A stretch of DNA of 64,000 nucleotides from Gammaproteobacteria bacterium (lineage in GTDB: Bacteria; Pseudomonadota; Gammaproteobacteria; Eutrophobiales; Eutrophobiaceae). The notes beneath the pieces are model-generated. The model was not told the origin of the DNA. It searched no databases and saw only the letters and a list, made by a program, of their open reading frames with translations. Every line of letters starts with the position of its first letter. Position 1 is the first letter of the stretch. The translations under genes and the position numbers were made by a program. Shown in pieces: positions 37,658 to 46,721 of the stretch. Location: positions 4,096,001 through 4,160,000 of the forward strand of contig OZ220696.1 in NCBI GenBank assembly GCA_965116495.1. The letters run 5' to 3'.

Positions 37658-40267
37658 CTAGTGTTGAAAGCGTAAATTGACTCCGAACGTGCGTGGCGCC
37701 CCAAAATAATTAAGCGCATAGCCCAAGTCTGTTACCGTATCCACACCATTAGTGCGATACAATTCATCCGTCACATTCTTGATAAACGCTTCAAGCTGGA
37801 ATTTACTGTTTGGTGGAGTAATTTTCAGGTTTAAATCCAACAGGCCAAAACCGTCTTCTTTAATCAGTTCTACATTCTTGGGATCAAAAAATACCTCGCT
37901 TTGATAAGAATAAAACGCCCCCAGTGAAACATCCCAGGATTGAGCAAGAACCACGCTGTATTCTGCTGCAATACTGGCTGTTATTTCCGGCGTGTTTTGA
38001 AATTCCCTGTCGCTTAAATCACCCAGCGTCGCATCAATAAACTCGTCAAATTCCGCATCCGTATATCCAAGCGTACCCGAAAAAAAGAAATTATCCGTGG
38101 GGCGGGCCATGACCTCAAGCTCCAGACCGGCAATGGTCGCCTCAGCCGCGTTGGCTACGGTACTGACGAAACCTGCTCCTGATGGGTCCGTTATGAATAC
38201 CTGCTGTTGAATATCGGAATAATCCATGTAAAACCCGGCAATGTTGGCTTGTAACCTGTCATCAAACCAACGGGATTTAATCCCTGCTTCAAAACTGTAT
38301 ACTTTTTCGGGGTCAAACGGCTGTGTCTCACCTTGTACATCGGCTCTTGGGTTAAACCCACCACTTTTAAAACCCTTGGAAAAACTTGCATAAGCCAGAA
38401 CAGCTTGCGTCAACTGGTAATCCAGCGCAATTTTGGGAGAAAAATTGTTAAAATCCGTTGAGATACCCGGTTCGTTGAAACTAATCGTACCGTTCGCTTG
38501 AATTCTAAGCGATTCAAGTGTTTTATCCTCCGAAGAATACCTTGCGCCCACCGTGGCTGAAAATTTGTCTGTAAAGACATACGTTGCCGAGCCAAACCCC
38601 GCAATGGTCTCCACTTCCTGTTGTACCGTCCGATCAAATCCGAAATTGACTCCTAACCCGATGTCAAATATCACGGAGATTGGCAGACGGTGTTCTTCCT
38701 TAAAATAGTAAGCCCCCAATAACCATGTCAACCGATCATTAAATGCCTCTCCCAGTAATTGAAATTCCTGGGACACCTGCCACTGTTCAAATTCGTCGGA
38801 ATCCTGGTCGAAGATAGGAAATGGAGTTCCGTCCAAATCGCTTTGGATCAGTTCCTCTATCTCACGATAGCCGGTGATTGAACGAAACTCATAATCACCT
38901 GCATCCCAGCTGATATTCAGCGCAGTACCCCATATATCAAGGGTGTGCTTGTTGGGTGAATCGTTACTGATTTTGCGTACATGGCTATCGAGGTCTGATA
39001 CTCCGGCAGGGTCGCCGGCAACATACGTCGACAGGGAACCAAAGCCACCTTCGATAAAAGGCAGATATGGCTGTGTCCTGTCCAGACCACTGATGAAAAT
39101 GCCGGGGCCATTGGATTCATCACGGGTCACATCTGCAGACCAGTTTATTTCAAGATTTTCTGCCGGCAACGCGCGTAACGCAAACCTGCCTGTCAGCACA
39201 TCTTTGTTATTCAACTCCCCATCCAGGAATGTATTCTCGGTAAAACCGCTGTTTTTCTCACCGTATAGCGCCACGCGGGCAAATAACCGGTCTTCAATAA
39301 CGGGGACCTGTCCATAAGCGGTTCCGGTTAAACTGTCGTAACTGCCTACTCCCAGTTCAGCAGAAAACTCCGTTTCGCCCGTTAGCCGTCGGGTCACGAC
39401 GCTCACGGCGCCGCCAATTGTGTTGCGGCCAAACAGCGTCCCTTGAGGGCCGCGTAATATTTCTATACGTTCGATGTCATTCAGCTTGAACAGGGCAGCG
39501 TGCTGTCGGGCCAGGTAAATACCGTCAATATAGATGCCGACGCCGGGGTCACCCAGCTCATCGCTTTGACCAATGCCACGCACGTGAACCGTTGCCTGGC
39601 TGGTAGAATCGCGTCCGTGATTGAGTTTGAAATTCGGCACAACGCGGGCAACCTCGGCCAAATCCGTCATGTTATATCTCTCTATATCCTGCACAGTCAG
39701 CGCGGTAATGGATATAGGCGTATCCTGTAACGCTGCTTCGCGTTTTTGCGCGGTGACAACAACCTCCTCTAAAACGGAGCGGCCCTTTTGCTCGGCAGCG
39801 CCTTTTCTGCCCCGCACGCCGGCTTCAGCATTTTCCGTTTGCGCAAGCAATATTCTGTCTGAATCCTTTAATCCACTGTCTTGGCGGTATTTAAGATTAT
39901 TGTTCTCAAGCCGTGGTTGACGTCTGTTGCTGTTTGAGTCCGTAATTGTAACCGTGCCGGTTCCCGTGTATTGAAACTGGAGACTGCTATTCCTGAGCAG
40001 ATTGCGAATCGCATTACGCCGGGTAATTTTTCCCTTTACGCCATCAGTGTGGATGCCCTCTATATCAGCGGCAGCCACAAGCACCTGTACCTGAGCTTGA
40101 TCAGAAAATTCAATTAATGCTGTGCTTAACGTTTGTGATTCAATATGAAATTTGATTCGTTCATCCAACTCCGCGCTCGACAAACAATTCATTGTAGCGC
40201 TCAGTAGAAGCATCCCGGTTGACCAGGCCATTTTTCTGATAAATTGCTTTCCGTTGTGGGCCGACAT
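37658..40267 (-). CDS. TonB-dependent receptor/transducer with N-terminal STN signalling domain
   Basis: FHIESQTLSTALIEFSDQA STN domain; EEVVVTAQKRE; IEILRGPQGTLFGRN. Confidence 0.95.
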   Translation of the reverse strand: MSAHNGKQFIRKMAWSTGMLLLSATMNCLSSAELDERIKFHIESQTLSTALIEFSDQAQVQVLVAAADIEGIHTDGVKGKITRRNAIRNLLRNSSLQFQYTGTGTVTITDSNSNRRQPRLENNNLKYRQDSGLKDSDRILLAQTENAEAGVRGRKGAAEQKGRSVLEEVVVTAQKREAALQDTPISITALTVQDIERYNMTDLAEVARVVPNFKLNHGRDSTSQATVHVRGIGQSDELGDPGVGIYIDGIYLARQHAALFKLNDIERIEILRGPQGTLFGRNTIGGAVSVVTRRLTGETEFSAELGVGSYDSLTGTAYGQVPVIEDRLFARVALYGEKNSGFTENTFLDGELNNKDVLTGRFALRALPAENLEINWSADVTRDESNGPGIFISGLDRTQPYLPFIEGGFGSLSTYVAGDPAGVSDLDSHVRKISNDSPNKHTLDIWGTALNISWDAGDYEFRSITGYREIEELIQSDLDGTPFPIFDQDSDEFEQWQVSQEFQLLGEAFNDRLTWLLGAYYFKEEHRLPISVIFDIGLGVNFGFDRTVQQEVETIAGFGSATYVFTDKFSATVGARYSSEDKTLESLRIQANGTISFNEPGISTDFNNFSPKIALDYQLTQAVLAYASFSKGFKSGGFNPRADVQGETQPFDPEKVYSFEAGIKSRWFDDRLQANIAGFYMDYSDIQQQVFITDPSGAGFVSTVANAAEATIAGLELEVMARPTDNFFFSGTLGYTDAEFDEFIDATLGDLSDREFQNTPEITASIAAEYSVVLAQSWDVSLGAFYSYQSEVFFDPKNVELIKEDGFGLLDLNLKITPPNSKFQLEAFIKNVTDELYRTNGVDTVTDLGYALNYFGAPRTFGVNLRFQH

Positions 40268-40318
40268 GTTCGTTACCTCATTCTGTAGTTACGGGACGGT
40301 TACCGCTTACAGGTGAAT

Positions 40319-40345
40319 AACGAACAACCGGGGTATTATTGAAAT
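40319..40345 (-). promoter_or_regulatory. putative ECF-sigma promoter of the receptor
   Basis: Minus strand ATTTCAAT-N13-TTCGTT, identical in boxes and spacing to 42149-42175. Confidence 0.65.
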
Positions 40346-40373
40346 ATTTTTTATGGGGTCTGAAGTTTAGGGG

Positions 40374-41525
40374 TCATGTTTCGTTTTCGTATTCGACAAT
40401 TATTTTTCGCTCGCCGATATCTTCAACGGTGATGGGGAATATCCTGGGAAGGTGGTTCAACCATTCGTCAATCCGATCGGAAAATACGGTGCCCGTGAAA
40501 CCCAGGTTTTCAAGATTTTGATCACGAATGACAATTTGACGGTTGTAGTAACGATTTACCTCCGCAATAACGTACTTGAGCGGTTCGTTAATGTATTTTA
40601 GCTGTCCCTTCTTCCAGGATGTCGCCAGTTCGATATCTACAGGTTGTACTGTGTTTAACTGCATTCCTTCTCCATAGGTAACCGCTTCTCCTTCGCGTAG
40701 CAGAATGATGCCTTGCATTGACTGGTTTGCCGAAATAGCAGCTCCGCCCGTTTCTGCGCCGGCAACTGTAGCGTTACTTTCAAATTTTGTTACTTCCACC
40801 TGTCCTGACAATACGGTGACTTTCACCCGTTCAAGATCTCGCTTTACACTGAACGATGTGCCGATAACACGGATGGAACCACGGCCCGCGAGTACGACAA
40901 GGGGTTGACCGGGACTTTTTGCAATATCAAAAAAAGCCTGTCCTTTATCCAATACAATAATTCTCTTTTCTGATGAAAATAAAACGGACATGGTTGATTC
41001 GGCGCCCAGAACAATCGCTGAACCATCTTCCAGTTTGATATCCTGCTGGATTGATTTAGCGGTCTGGTACACCCTAGGCTCTGATGACACGTTACTCTTT
41101 AATTGCCATGTATTGGTATAGGCAAGGAGAAGTATACCTGCTGCCAATACTACAGCGGTTGTTACGAGTAAAAAGCGAAATTCAGGTTTACCTGTATTTA
41201 CAAAATGTTTATTCAGAAAGAAGGTTGCCAGGTTTTTCAAGTTTTCCCGGGACAACATACCGGCTGAAAACTTACCACCGACAATGTCCTTGGATAATTC
41301 AATCTCCTCGGGCATTAAAGAATCATCTAACACACTGCATTCTGCCCATAATTTTTCTATGCGGGTAAAGGAATCTCGATTCTCTTTGTTGGAATACCAT
41401 TCATTCCAGATGATAAAGTCCCCATCTGTTAAATCCTGTTCGCGCAAACGTATGAACCAGTTGACAGCTTCCTCGTATTTTTTATCAGGAATTTCTTCCC
41501 GGCTATAAGCTACTTTCGTAATCAT
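40374..41525 (-). CDS. FecR-family anti-sigma/sensor
   Basis: EEAVNWFIRL DUF4880-like N-terminus, TM helix, LEDGSAIVLG, GQAFFDI, VIGTSF. Confidence 0.93.
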   Translation of the reverse strand: MITKVAYSREEIPDKKYEEAVNWFIRLREQDLTDGDFIIWNEWYSNKENRDSFTRIEKLWAECSVLDDSLMPEEIELSKDIVGGKFSAGMLSRENLKNLATFFLNKHFVNTGKPEFRFLLVTTAVVLAAGILLLAYTNTWQLKSNVSSEPRVYQTAKSIQQDIKLEDGSAIVLGAESTMSVLFSSEKRIIVLDKGQAFFDIAKSPGQPLVVLAGRGSIRVIGTSFSVKRDLERVKVTVLSGQVEVTKFESNATVAGAETGGAAISANQSMQGIILLREGEAVTYGEGMQLNTVQPVDIELATSWKKGQLKYINEPLKYVIAEVNRYYNRQIVIRDQNLENLGFTGTVFSDRIDEWLNHLPRIFPITVEDIGERKIIVEYENET

Positions 41526-41544
41526 AGAATACCCTCATACTGCA

Positions 41545-42096
41545 TTAATCCGGTGAACTGATTTCATCCAACCTTAAACGGCAATAGTTGATTGCTCGCG
41601 TCACATACAAACGCACCATCCTCTCGGACAATTTCATGTTTTCCGCTATTTCCGCAAAGCCGTAATCGTGAATTTTATATAACAAAAACGCTTTACGACA
41701 TTTCGGCGGAAGCTCCTTTACGATACTGCTCAACATTTCAAGTTCCTGGTTCGCTATGGCATGTCTTTCGGAAGATGCATTATCGCCCTCCCGCAATCTT
41801 TCAAGTTGCCAGACCTTTCTGTACCTAGTCTCTCTCCTTAACCGATCAATCGCGAGGTTGGATGCAATCTTGAATAACAAGGCCGGCATGGAACTGTTGA
41901 CGGTAAATTTTTCCATCCCCAGGATGCGCAGGTAAGCTTCCTGGGCAACTTCCCTTGCGTCGTTCTCTGACTGCAATTTGTGTGACAGGTAACGAATCAA
42001 TGCATCGTTATACCCTTTGCACAGGTTGTCTACGAGTTCGGCATTGTCCGCCGTATACCGGATTTTGATCTTCTCGACCGATCCAGGTTTATTCAA
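41545..42096 (-). CDS. FecI-like ECF sigma factor
   Basis: DAREVAQEAYLR region 2; LPPKCRKAFLL...EIAE region 4; TTG start. Confidence 0.92.
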   Translation of the reverse strand: MNKPGSVEKIKIRYTADNAELVDNLCKGYNDALIRYLSHKLQSENDAREVAQEAYLRILGMEKFTVNSSMPALLFKIASNLAIDRLRRETRYRKVWQLERLREGDNASSERHAIANQELEMLSSIVKELPPKCRKAFLLYKIHDYGFAEIAENMKLSERMVRLYVTRAINYCRLRLDEISSPD

Positions 42097-42148
42097 TGAT
42101 CCAGCCTCACGATATTGATGGATAAAAACCGTTCAAGTCCGGGTAGTA

Positions 42149-42175
42149 AACGAATAAGTGTAAATAAATTGAAAT
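42149..42175 (-). promoter_or_regulatory. putative ECF-sigma promoter of the fecI-like gene
   Basis: Minus strand ATTTCAAT-N13-TTCGTT. Confidence 0.65.
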
Positions 42176-42204
42176 CTCGAATGACACAAGAGATACCATC
42201 ACTC

Positions 42205-42221
42205 GTGACTGTGACCTGCTT
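42205..42221 (+). repeat. 17-bp direct repeat, right copy
   Basis: GTGACTGTGACCTGCTT. Confidence 0.85.
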
Positions 42222-42353
42222 CGGCTGCCTCTCCGGCTTTCGTGGCGCAATCCGGAAATTATCAGTTACCCTGTGGTAGGATTAGATTGACATGGACGTT
42301 ACCCGGAGAATGATAATACTAATCTGAAAATTTACCCACGTAAGGAGTCAGAC

Positions 42354-43451
42354 ATGACAACAGGTTTTGTTTACCACGAATTGTATACCTGGCATGAGAA
42401 CGGCAACTTTGCCGGCTTCATGCCTTATGGGAACCCGGTACAGCCGTTTGTGCATTCGGAACACCAGGAAACCAAGCGGCGCATACGTAACCTGCTGGAT
42501 GTCAGCGGCCTGTTAGGTGAACTGGTTCACATCGAGCCCCGGGAGGCGGAGAAACAGGAGATATGCCGGTTTCATACCCCGGAGTATTACGAGAGGATCA
42601 AGGCACAGAATGACCTGTACCTGTCCGAAACGGGTTTTTATACCGCGATGGGGCGGGGCAGCTTCGAGATATGCCGCCTGGCCGCGGGCGGTGTGATCGA
42701 GGCGGTTGACGCGGTGCTGGACGGCAGGGTGGACAACGCCTATGCCCTGGTGCGGCCGCCGGGTCATCACGCCCTGGCCGATATGGGCATGGGGTTCTGT
42801 ATATTCGGCAATGCGGCCATTGCCGGGATGCACCTGCTTGAGGCGCGCAAGCTGGACCGAATCGCCCTTGTTGACTGGGATGTGCATCACGGCAACGGCA
42901 CCCAGGCCGCGTTCTGGGACAATCCTGCCGCGCTGACCATATCGGTACACCAGGATAACTGCTTCCCCCCGGATTCCGGTCATATCAGTGAAACGGGCGA
43001 GGGTGCCGGCGCGGGGTTTAACATCAACGTCCCGTTGCCGCCGGGTTCGGGTACCGGCGCCTACGGCGCGGTCTATGACCGGATAATCATCCCGGCGCTG
43101 CAGAAATTCAAACCGGATTTCATCATCATCCCGTCCGGATTTGACGCCGGCGCGCACGATCCCCTGGGCCGGCAGATGCTCACCAGCGAAGGTTTCCGTA
43201 ACCTGACCGCAAAAATGATGCAGGTCGCGGACGAAGTATGCGACGGCCGCCTGGTGCTGTGCCATGAAGGCGGGTACAGCGGTTACACGGTGCCGTTCTT
43301 CGGTCTTGCCGTGCTGGAGCAGCTATCCGGCATCCGCTCCGGGGTTGAGGATCCGTTTGATCCGATACTGGCGGGGCTGGGAGGCCACCCATTACAGCCC
43401 CACCAGGATGCGCTGATCAAACAGGTTGAGCCCCTCCTCGAAAGATTCTGA
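42354..43451 (+). CDS. class II histone-deacetylase-family amidohydrolase
   Basis: RPPGHHA, GFCIF, DWDVHHGNGTQ, GFDA..DPLG and HEGGY motifs. Confidence 0.95.
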   Translation: MTTGFVYHELYTWHENGNFAGFMPYGNPVQPFVHSEHQETKRRIRNLLDVSGLLGELVHIEPREAEKQEICRFHTPEYYERIKAQNDLYLSETGFYTAMGRGSFEICRLAAGGVIEAVDAVLDGRVDNAYALVRPPGHHALADMGMGFCIFGNAAIAGMHLLEARKLDRIALVDWDVHHGNGTQAAFWDNPAALTISVHQDNCFPPDSGHISETGEGAGAGFNINVPLPPGSGTGAYGAVYDRIIIPALQKFKPDFIIIPSGFDAGAHDPLGRQMLTSEGFRNLTAKMMQVADEVCDGRLVLCHEGGYSGYTVPFFGLAVLEQLSGIRSGVEDPFDPILAGLGGHPLQPHQDALIKQVEPLLERF

Positions 43452-43473
43452 AGCACAAGGCTGAACAGACATC

Positions 43474-44781
43474 ATGCCGGCGCCGCGTTTTACTTCTTTC
43501 CTGACGTCACTGATGGCGACCGCCGGTCTTGCTATCGGTATCGGCAATGTATGGCGTTTCCCCTACATGATGGGCAGCCATGGCGGCAGTGCGTTCCTGG
43601 TGCTGTTCATCGCCTGCGTCGTGTTTCTGTCCCTGCCTGCATTGACGGCGGAATGGGCGTTGGCAAGGCACACGCGGCAGGGTACTATCGGCGCCTTCAA
43701 GATGACGTTCGGCCCCGTGTACGGGCGCCTGGTCGGTTATGCCCTGTTACTTTGTGTCACCATTGCCGGGGGCTATTACCTGGTCGTCATCGGAAATGTT
43801 TTCTACAGTGGTTACTATTCGGCACTTCACGGGTTCAGTGCGGCAACGACTCCTGATTTCAAGGCGGGCCTGGGCAGCCACTCGCTGCAGTTGTGCCTGG
43901 CGCTGTTTGTCCTTCTCGTTTCCGCCTTCATCATACATCGCGGTGTCAGGAAAGGTATCCAGGCCGTCAGCAACCTGTTTGTCCCGTTTTTCTTCCTGGT
44001 CAGCTTTTATCTCGTCTACGAGGTAATGAGCCTGCCGGGCGCCACTTCACACCTGTCCGTATTCCTGCAGGTGGATTTCAGCAGGATAGGGTTTACCGAG
44101 GTATTTGCGGCCATGGGCCAGGCCTATTTTTCAATCGGGCTGGGCGCGACTCTCACGCTGATTTACGGCAGTTACCTGCGCGACGACATCAATCTGCCGA
44201 AGCTGTCCGTGATGACCTGTATCAGTGATACCGGCGCGGCGTTGCTGGCCGCGTTCTACCTTATTCCGGCCTTGCTCGTATTCGGCATGGACCTGACGGC
44301 AGGACCCACCCTGCTGTTTGAAACCCTGCCCGCCTTGTTCAGTATCATTCCCGGTGGCCGCTTATTCGGCAGTCTGATGCTGCTCTCCCTGTTTCTGGTG
44401 ACCTTGCTGTCCTACATTGCCGTGATTGAAGCAATAGTCGGCGGCCTGCTGGGTGATGCTGAAATTATCCGCTTCAGCAAGACCCGCCTGCTGATGATTT
44501 TAGTGCTGATACAAGCCCTGCTGGCAGTCTTCTTTACTGTTCGTCCAGAATTGATCGGGATAGCGGATTTACTTTTCGGTTCCGCCGGAATGATGCTCGG
44601 CGGCTGTCTTGCCCTGCTTGCGCTTGCATGGGGGATAGGCAGGGCAGACACGGTCAAACAGGTTTTTGGCGTTGAGTACAGGGTGTTGTCGTCGGTTTAC
44701 TTTTTCTGGATCAAGTGGGCGGCCCCGGCCATCCTTATCATTGTCCTGGGTGGAACTTTGTATGAAGCAATCTCAGGTTAG
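43474..44781 (+). CDS. sodium-dependent transporter, neurotransmitter:sodium symporter (NSS/SNF) family
   Basis: AIGIGNVWRFPY...GGSAFL and GQAYFSIGLG motifs. Confidence 0.93.
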   Translation: MPAPRFTSFLTSLMATAGLAIGIGNVWRFPYMMGSHGGSAFLVLFIACVVFLSLPALTAEWALARHTRQGTIGAFKMTFGPVYGRLVGYALLLCVTIAGGYYLVVIGNVFYSGYYSALHGFSAATTPDFKAGLGSHSLQLCLALFVLLVSAFIIHRGVRKGIQAVSNLFVPFFFLVSFYLVYEVMSLPGATSHLSVFLQVDFSRIGFTEVFAAMGQAYFSIGLGATLTLIYGSYLRDDINLPKLSVMTCISDTGAALLAAFYLIPALLVFGMDLTAGPTLLFETLPALFSIIPGGRLFGSLMLLSLFLVTLLSYIAVIEAIVGGLLGDAEIIRFSKTRLLMILVLIQALLAVFFTVRPELIGIADLLFGSAGMMLGGCLALLALAWGIGRADTVKQVFGVEYRVLSSVYFFWIKWAAPAILIIVLGGTLYEAISG

Positions 44782-44831
44782 ACGGCAACTCTTGCTGGTA
44801 GATACGATGACGACAAGTGAACTGGTGGGTA

Positions 44832-46313
44832 ATGCAGACTAAGATCAAACTGGCAGCCAGCGTCATTCTCGCACGCGGTCCTGCCGATGACCCGGAAGTG
44901 TACCTGGCGCGGCGCGCCCCCGAACTCAAGTTCTTTGGCGGCTTCTGGGTATTCCCCGGCGGCAACGTCAGCCGGATCGATTACCTCTGGGAGAATGACC
45001 CGGAAGTTCTGGCGTTGCAGCGCTGTGCCGTACGGGAAATCCTGGAGGAAACGGACGTCCTGTGCGCTACACTGGGCAAGGAATACAGCCGGGAACAGAA
45101 GCAGGCATTAAAGCAGAAGATAAAGGATTCCCCGGAACAATGGCAGCAGTTCCTAGCGCAGTTCGATACCGGTTTTGCGCTGGTTACGCCGTTGTACCGC
45201 ATTACCACACCGCCGTTTTTCCCCGTTCGCTTCGATACCCAGTTCATGTACGTGCGCTGTCCGGAAAATGAAACGCCGGTCGTTGATAATTACGAACTGG
45301 TCGAAGGCCGGTTTGTCAAACCACGGGAGGTAGTAGACGCCTGGGACAGGGGAGAAATGGAAATCGCTCCGCCGGTGCTGTTCCTGTTGCGGCTCATGGT
45401 GACAGGGGGGCTGGAAGCATTCTTTGACCGGACCAGGCTTGAGACGGAACGCCTGGCACAGGGGGCATTGCATTCGGTTTATTTCTCGCCGGGTATCTTC
45501 ACTGCGCCGTTGTCAACCCCGACGCTGCCGCCGGCAACCACCACCAACACCATGATAGCGGGCGCCGATAAACTATATATCATCGATCCGGCCACCCCGG
45601 ACCCGGCGGAACAACAACGCCTGTTCGACAAGATGGATGAAATGATAGGTGAGGGTAAAGCATTCGAGGCCATCCTGTTGACGCACCACCACATCGACCA
45701 CGTCGGCGCCGTCAACGCCGTCAGCCGGCGTTACCGGTTGCCGGTCCGTGCCCACGGGGAAACATACCACCGGATTGACTCCGGATACATCAAAGGAAAA
45801 CCGTTAAAAGACGGCGATCGAGTGGAACTGGGCACCGCCCCCGATGGCACGGGCGACTGGCATCTCAAAGTGATACATACGCCCGGCCACGCGCTGGATC
45901 ACCTGTGTTATATCGACAGCCGTTATCACGCCGCGATAGTGGGCGACATGCTGTCTACCGTTTCCACCATCCTGATCGACCCGCCGGAGGGGCACCTGCG
46001 CACCTACCTGGACAACCTGAACAGGTTACTCAGCATTCCCATGCGGGCATTGTATCCCGCCCACGGCCCGCCCCACCGTGACGGCCACAGCCTGATCCGG
46101 TACTTTCTGGAACACAGACAAAAGCGTGAAAATGCCGTCAGGACCGCGCTGACCGCCGCGCCGCGCAGTATTGATAATTTACTGCCTGAAGTTTACGCCG
46201 ACGTATCTGAAAGCGTCTACCCGATCGCTGCCCGATCGCTGCTGGCCGGCCTGATAAAACTGGAGGAAGAAGGTTTTTGCCGGCGTCATGGCGTTGACTG
46301 GATGCTGGCCTGA
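44832..46313 (+). CDS. NUDIX + metallo-beta-lactamase fold fusion protein
   Basis: WVFPGG...AVREILEET; THHHIDH, TPGH, GD and PAHG motifs. Confidence 0.9.
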   Translation: MQTKIKLAASVILARGPADDPEVYLARRAPELKFFGGFWVFPGGNVSRIDYLWENDPEVLALQRCAVREILEETDVLCATLGKEYSREQKQALKQKIKDSPEQWQQFLAQFDTGFALVTPLYRITTPPFFPVRFDTQFMYVRCPENETPVVDNYELVEGRFVKPREVVDAWDRGEMEIAPPVLFLLRLMVTGGLEAFFDRTRLETERLAQGALHSVYFSPGIFTAPLSTPTLPPATTTNTMIAGADKLYIIDPATPDPAEQQRLFDKMDEMIGEGKAFEAILLTHHHIDHVGAVNAVSRRYRLPVRAHGETYHRIDSGYIKGKPLKDGDRVELGTAPDGTGDWHLKVIHTPGHALDHLCYIDSRYHAAIVGDMLSTVSTILIDPPEGHLRTYLDNLNRLLSIPMRALYPAHGPPHRDGHSLIRYFLEHRQKRENAVRTALTAAPRSIDNLLPEVYADVSESVYPIAARSLLAGLIKLEEEGFCRRHGVDWMLA

Positions 46314-46387
46314 AAACCCGCATTGTGATTCCGTACTCACCCCGTTCCCGGTTTACCTGAATGCATGATCCTTCACGCACCCATGGG

Positions 46388-46696
46388 TTACATCAGTTGT
46401 TCTTCAATTTGTATGACAGGATCGATGTTGGTGAAGTTGGGAATGTCTCCCATGATCTCCTGCGCGTGTGCATCCAGCGCCTGTTGAAACGCCTCCACAC
46501 TATCGAACTTAAGGTTGGCGATGGTGACGTAAGTTTCAGCAGCGCCGCCCGCGCCGCTTAAACCCCGGTAAACTTCCATACCGCGCAGTCCATCGGCCCA
46601 TCTTTCCCCCACCAGGGGCATATGGGTGTTAAGGTAGTAGTCATAGTCAAAACTACCGCCGTCTTGTTTGGGGTACATCACGTTGACTCTAATCAT
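46388..46696 (-). CDS. EthD family protein
   Basis: FDYDYYLNTHMPLV...DIPNFTNIDP. Confidence 0.88.
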   Translation of the reverse strand: MIRVNVMYPKQDGGSFDYDYYLNTHMPLVGERWADGLRGMEVYRGLSGAGGAAETYVTIANLKFDSVEAFQQALDAHAQEIMGDIPNFTNIDPVIQIEEQLM

Positions 46697-46721
46697 TTTA
46701 TTTCTCCATTACTGTTATATG

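Noticed and set aside
34950-42167. Second shared 10-mer GTGTAAATAA near both 17-bp repeats
   Set aside because: AT-rich and at different distances from the repeats; likely chance.
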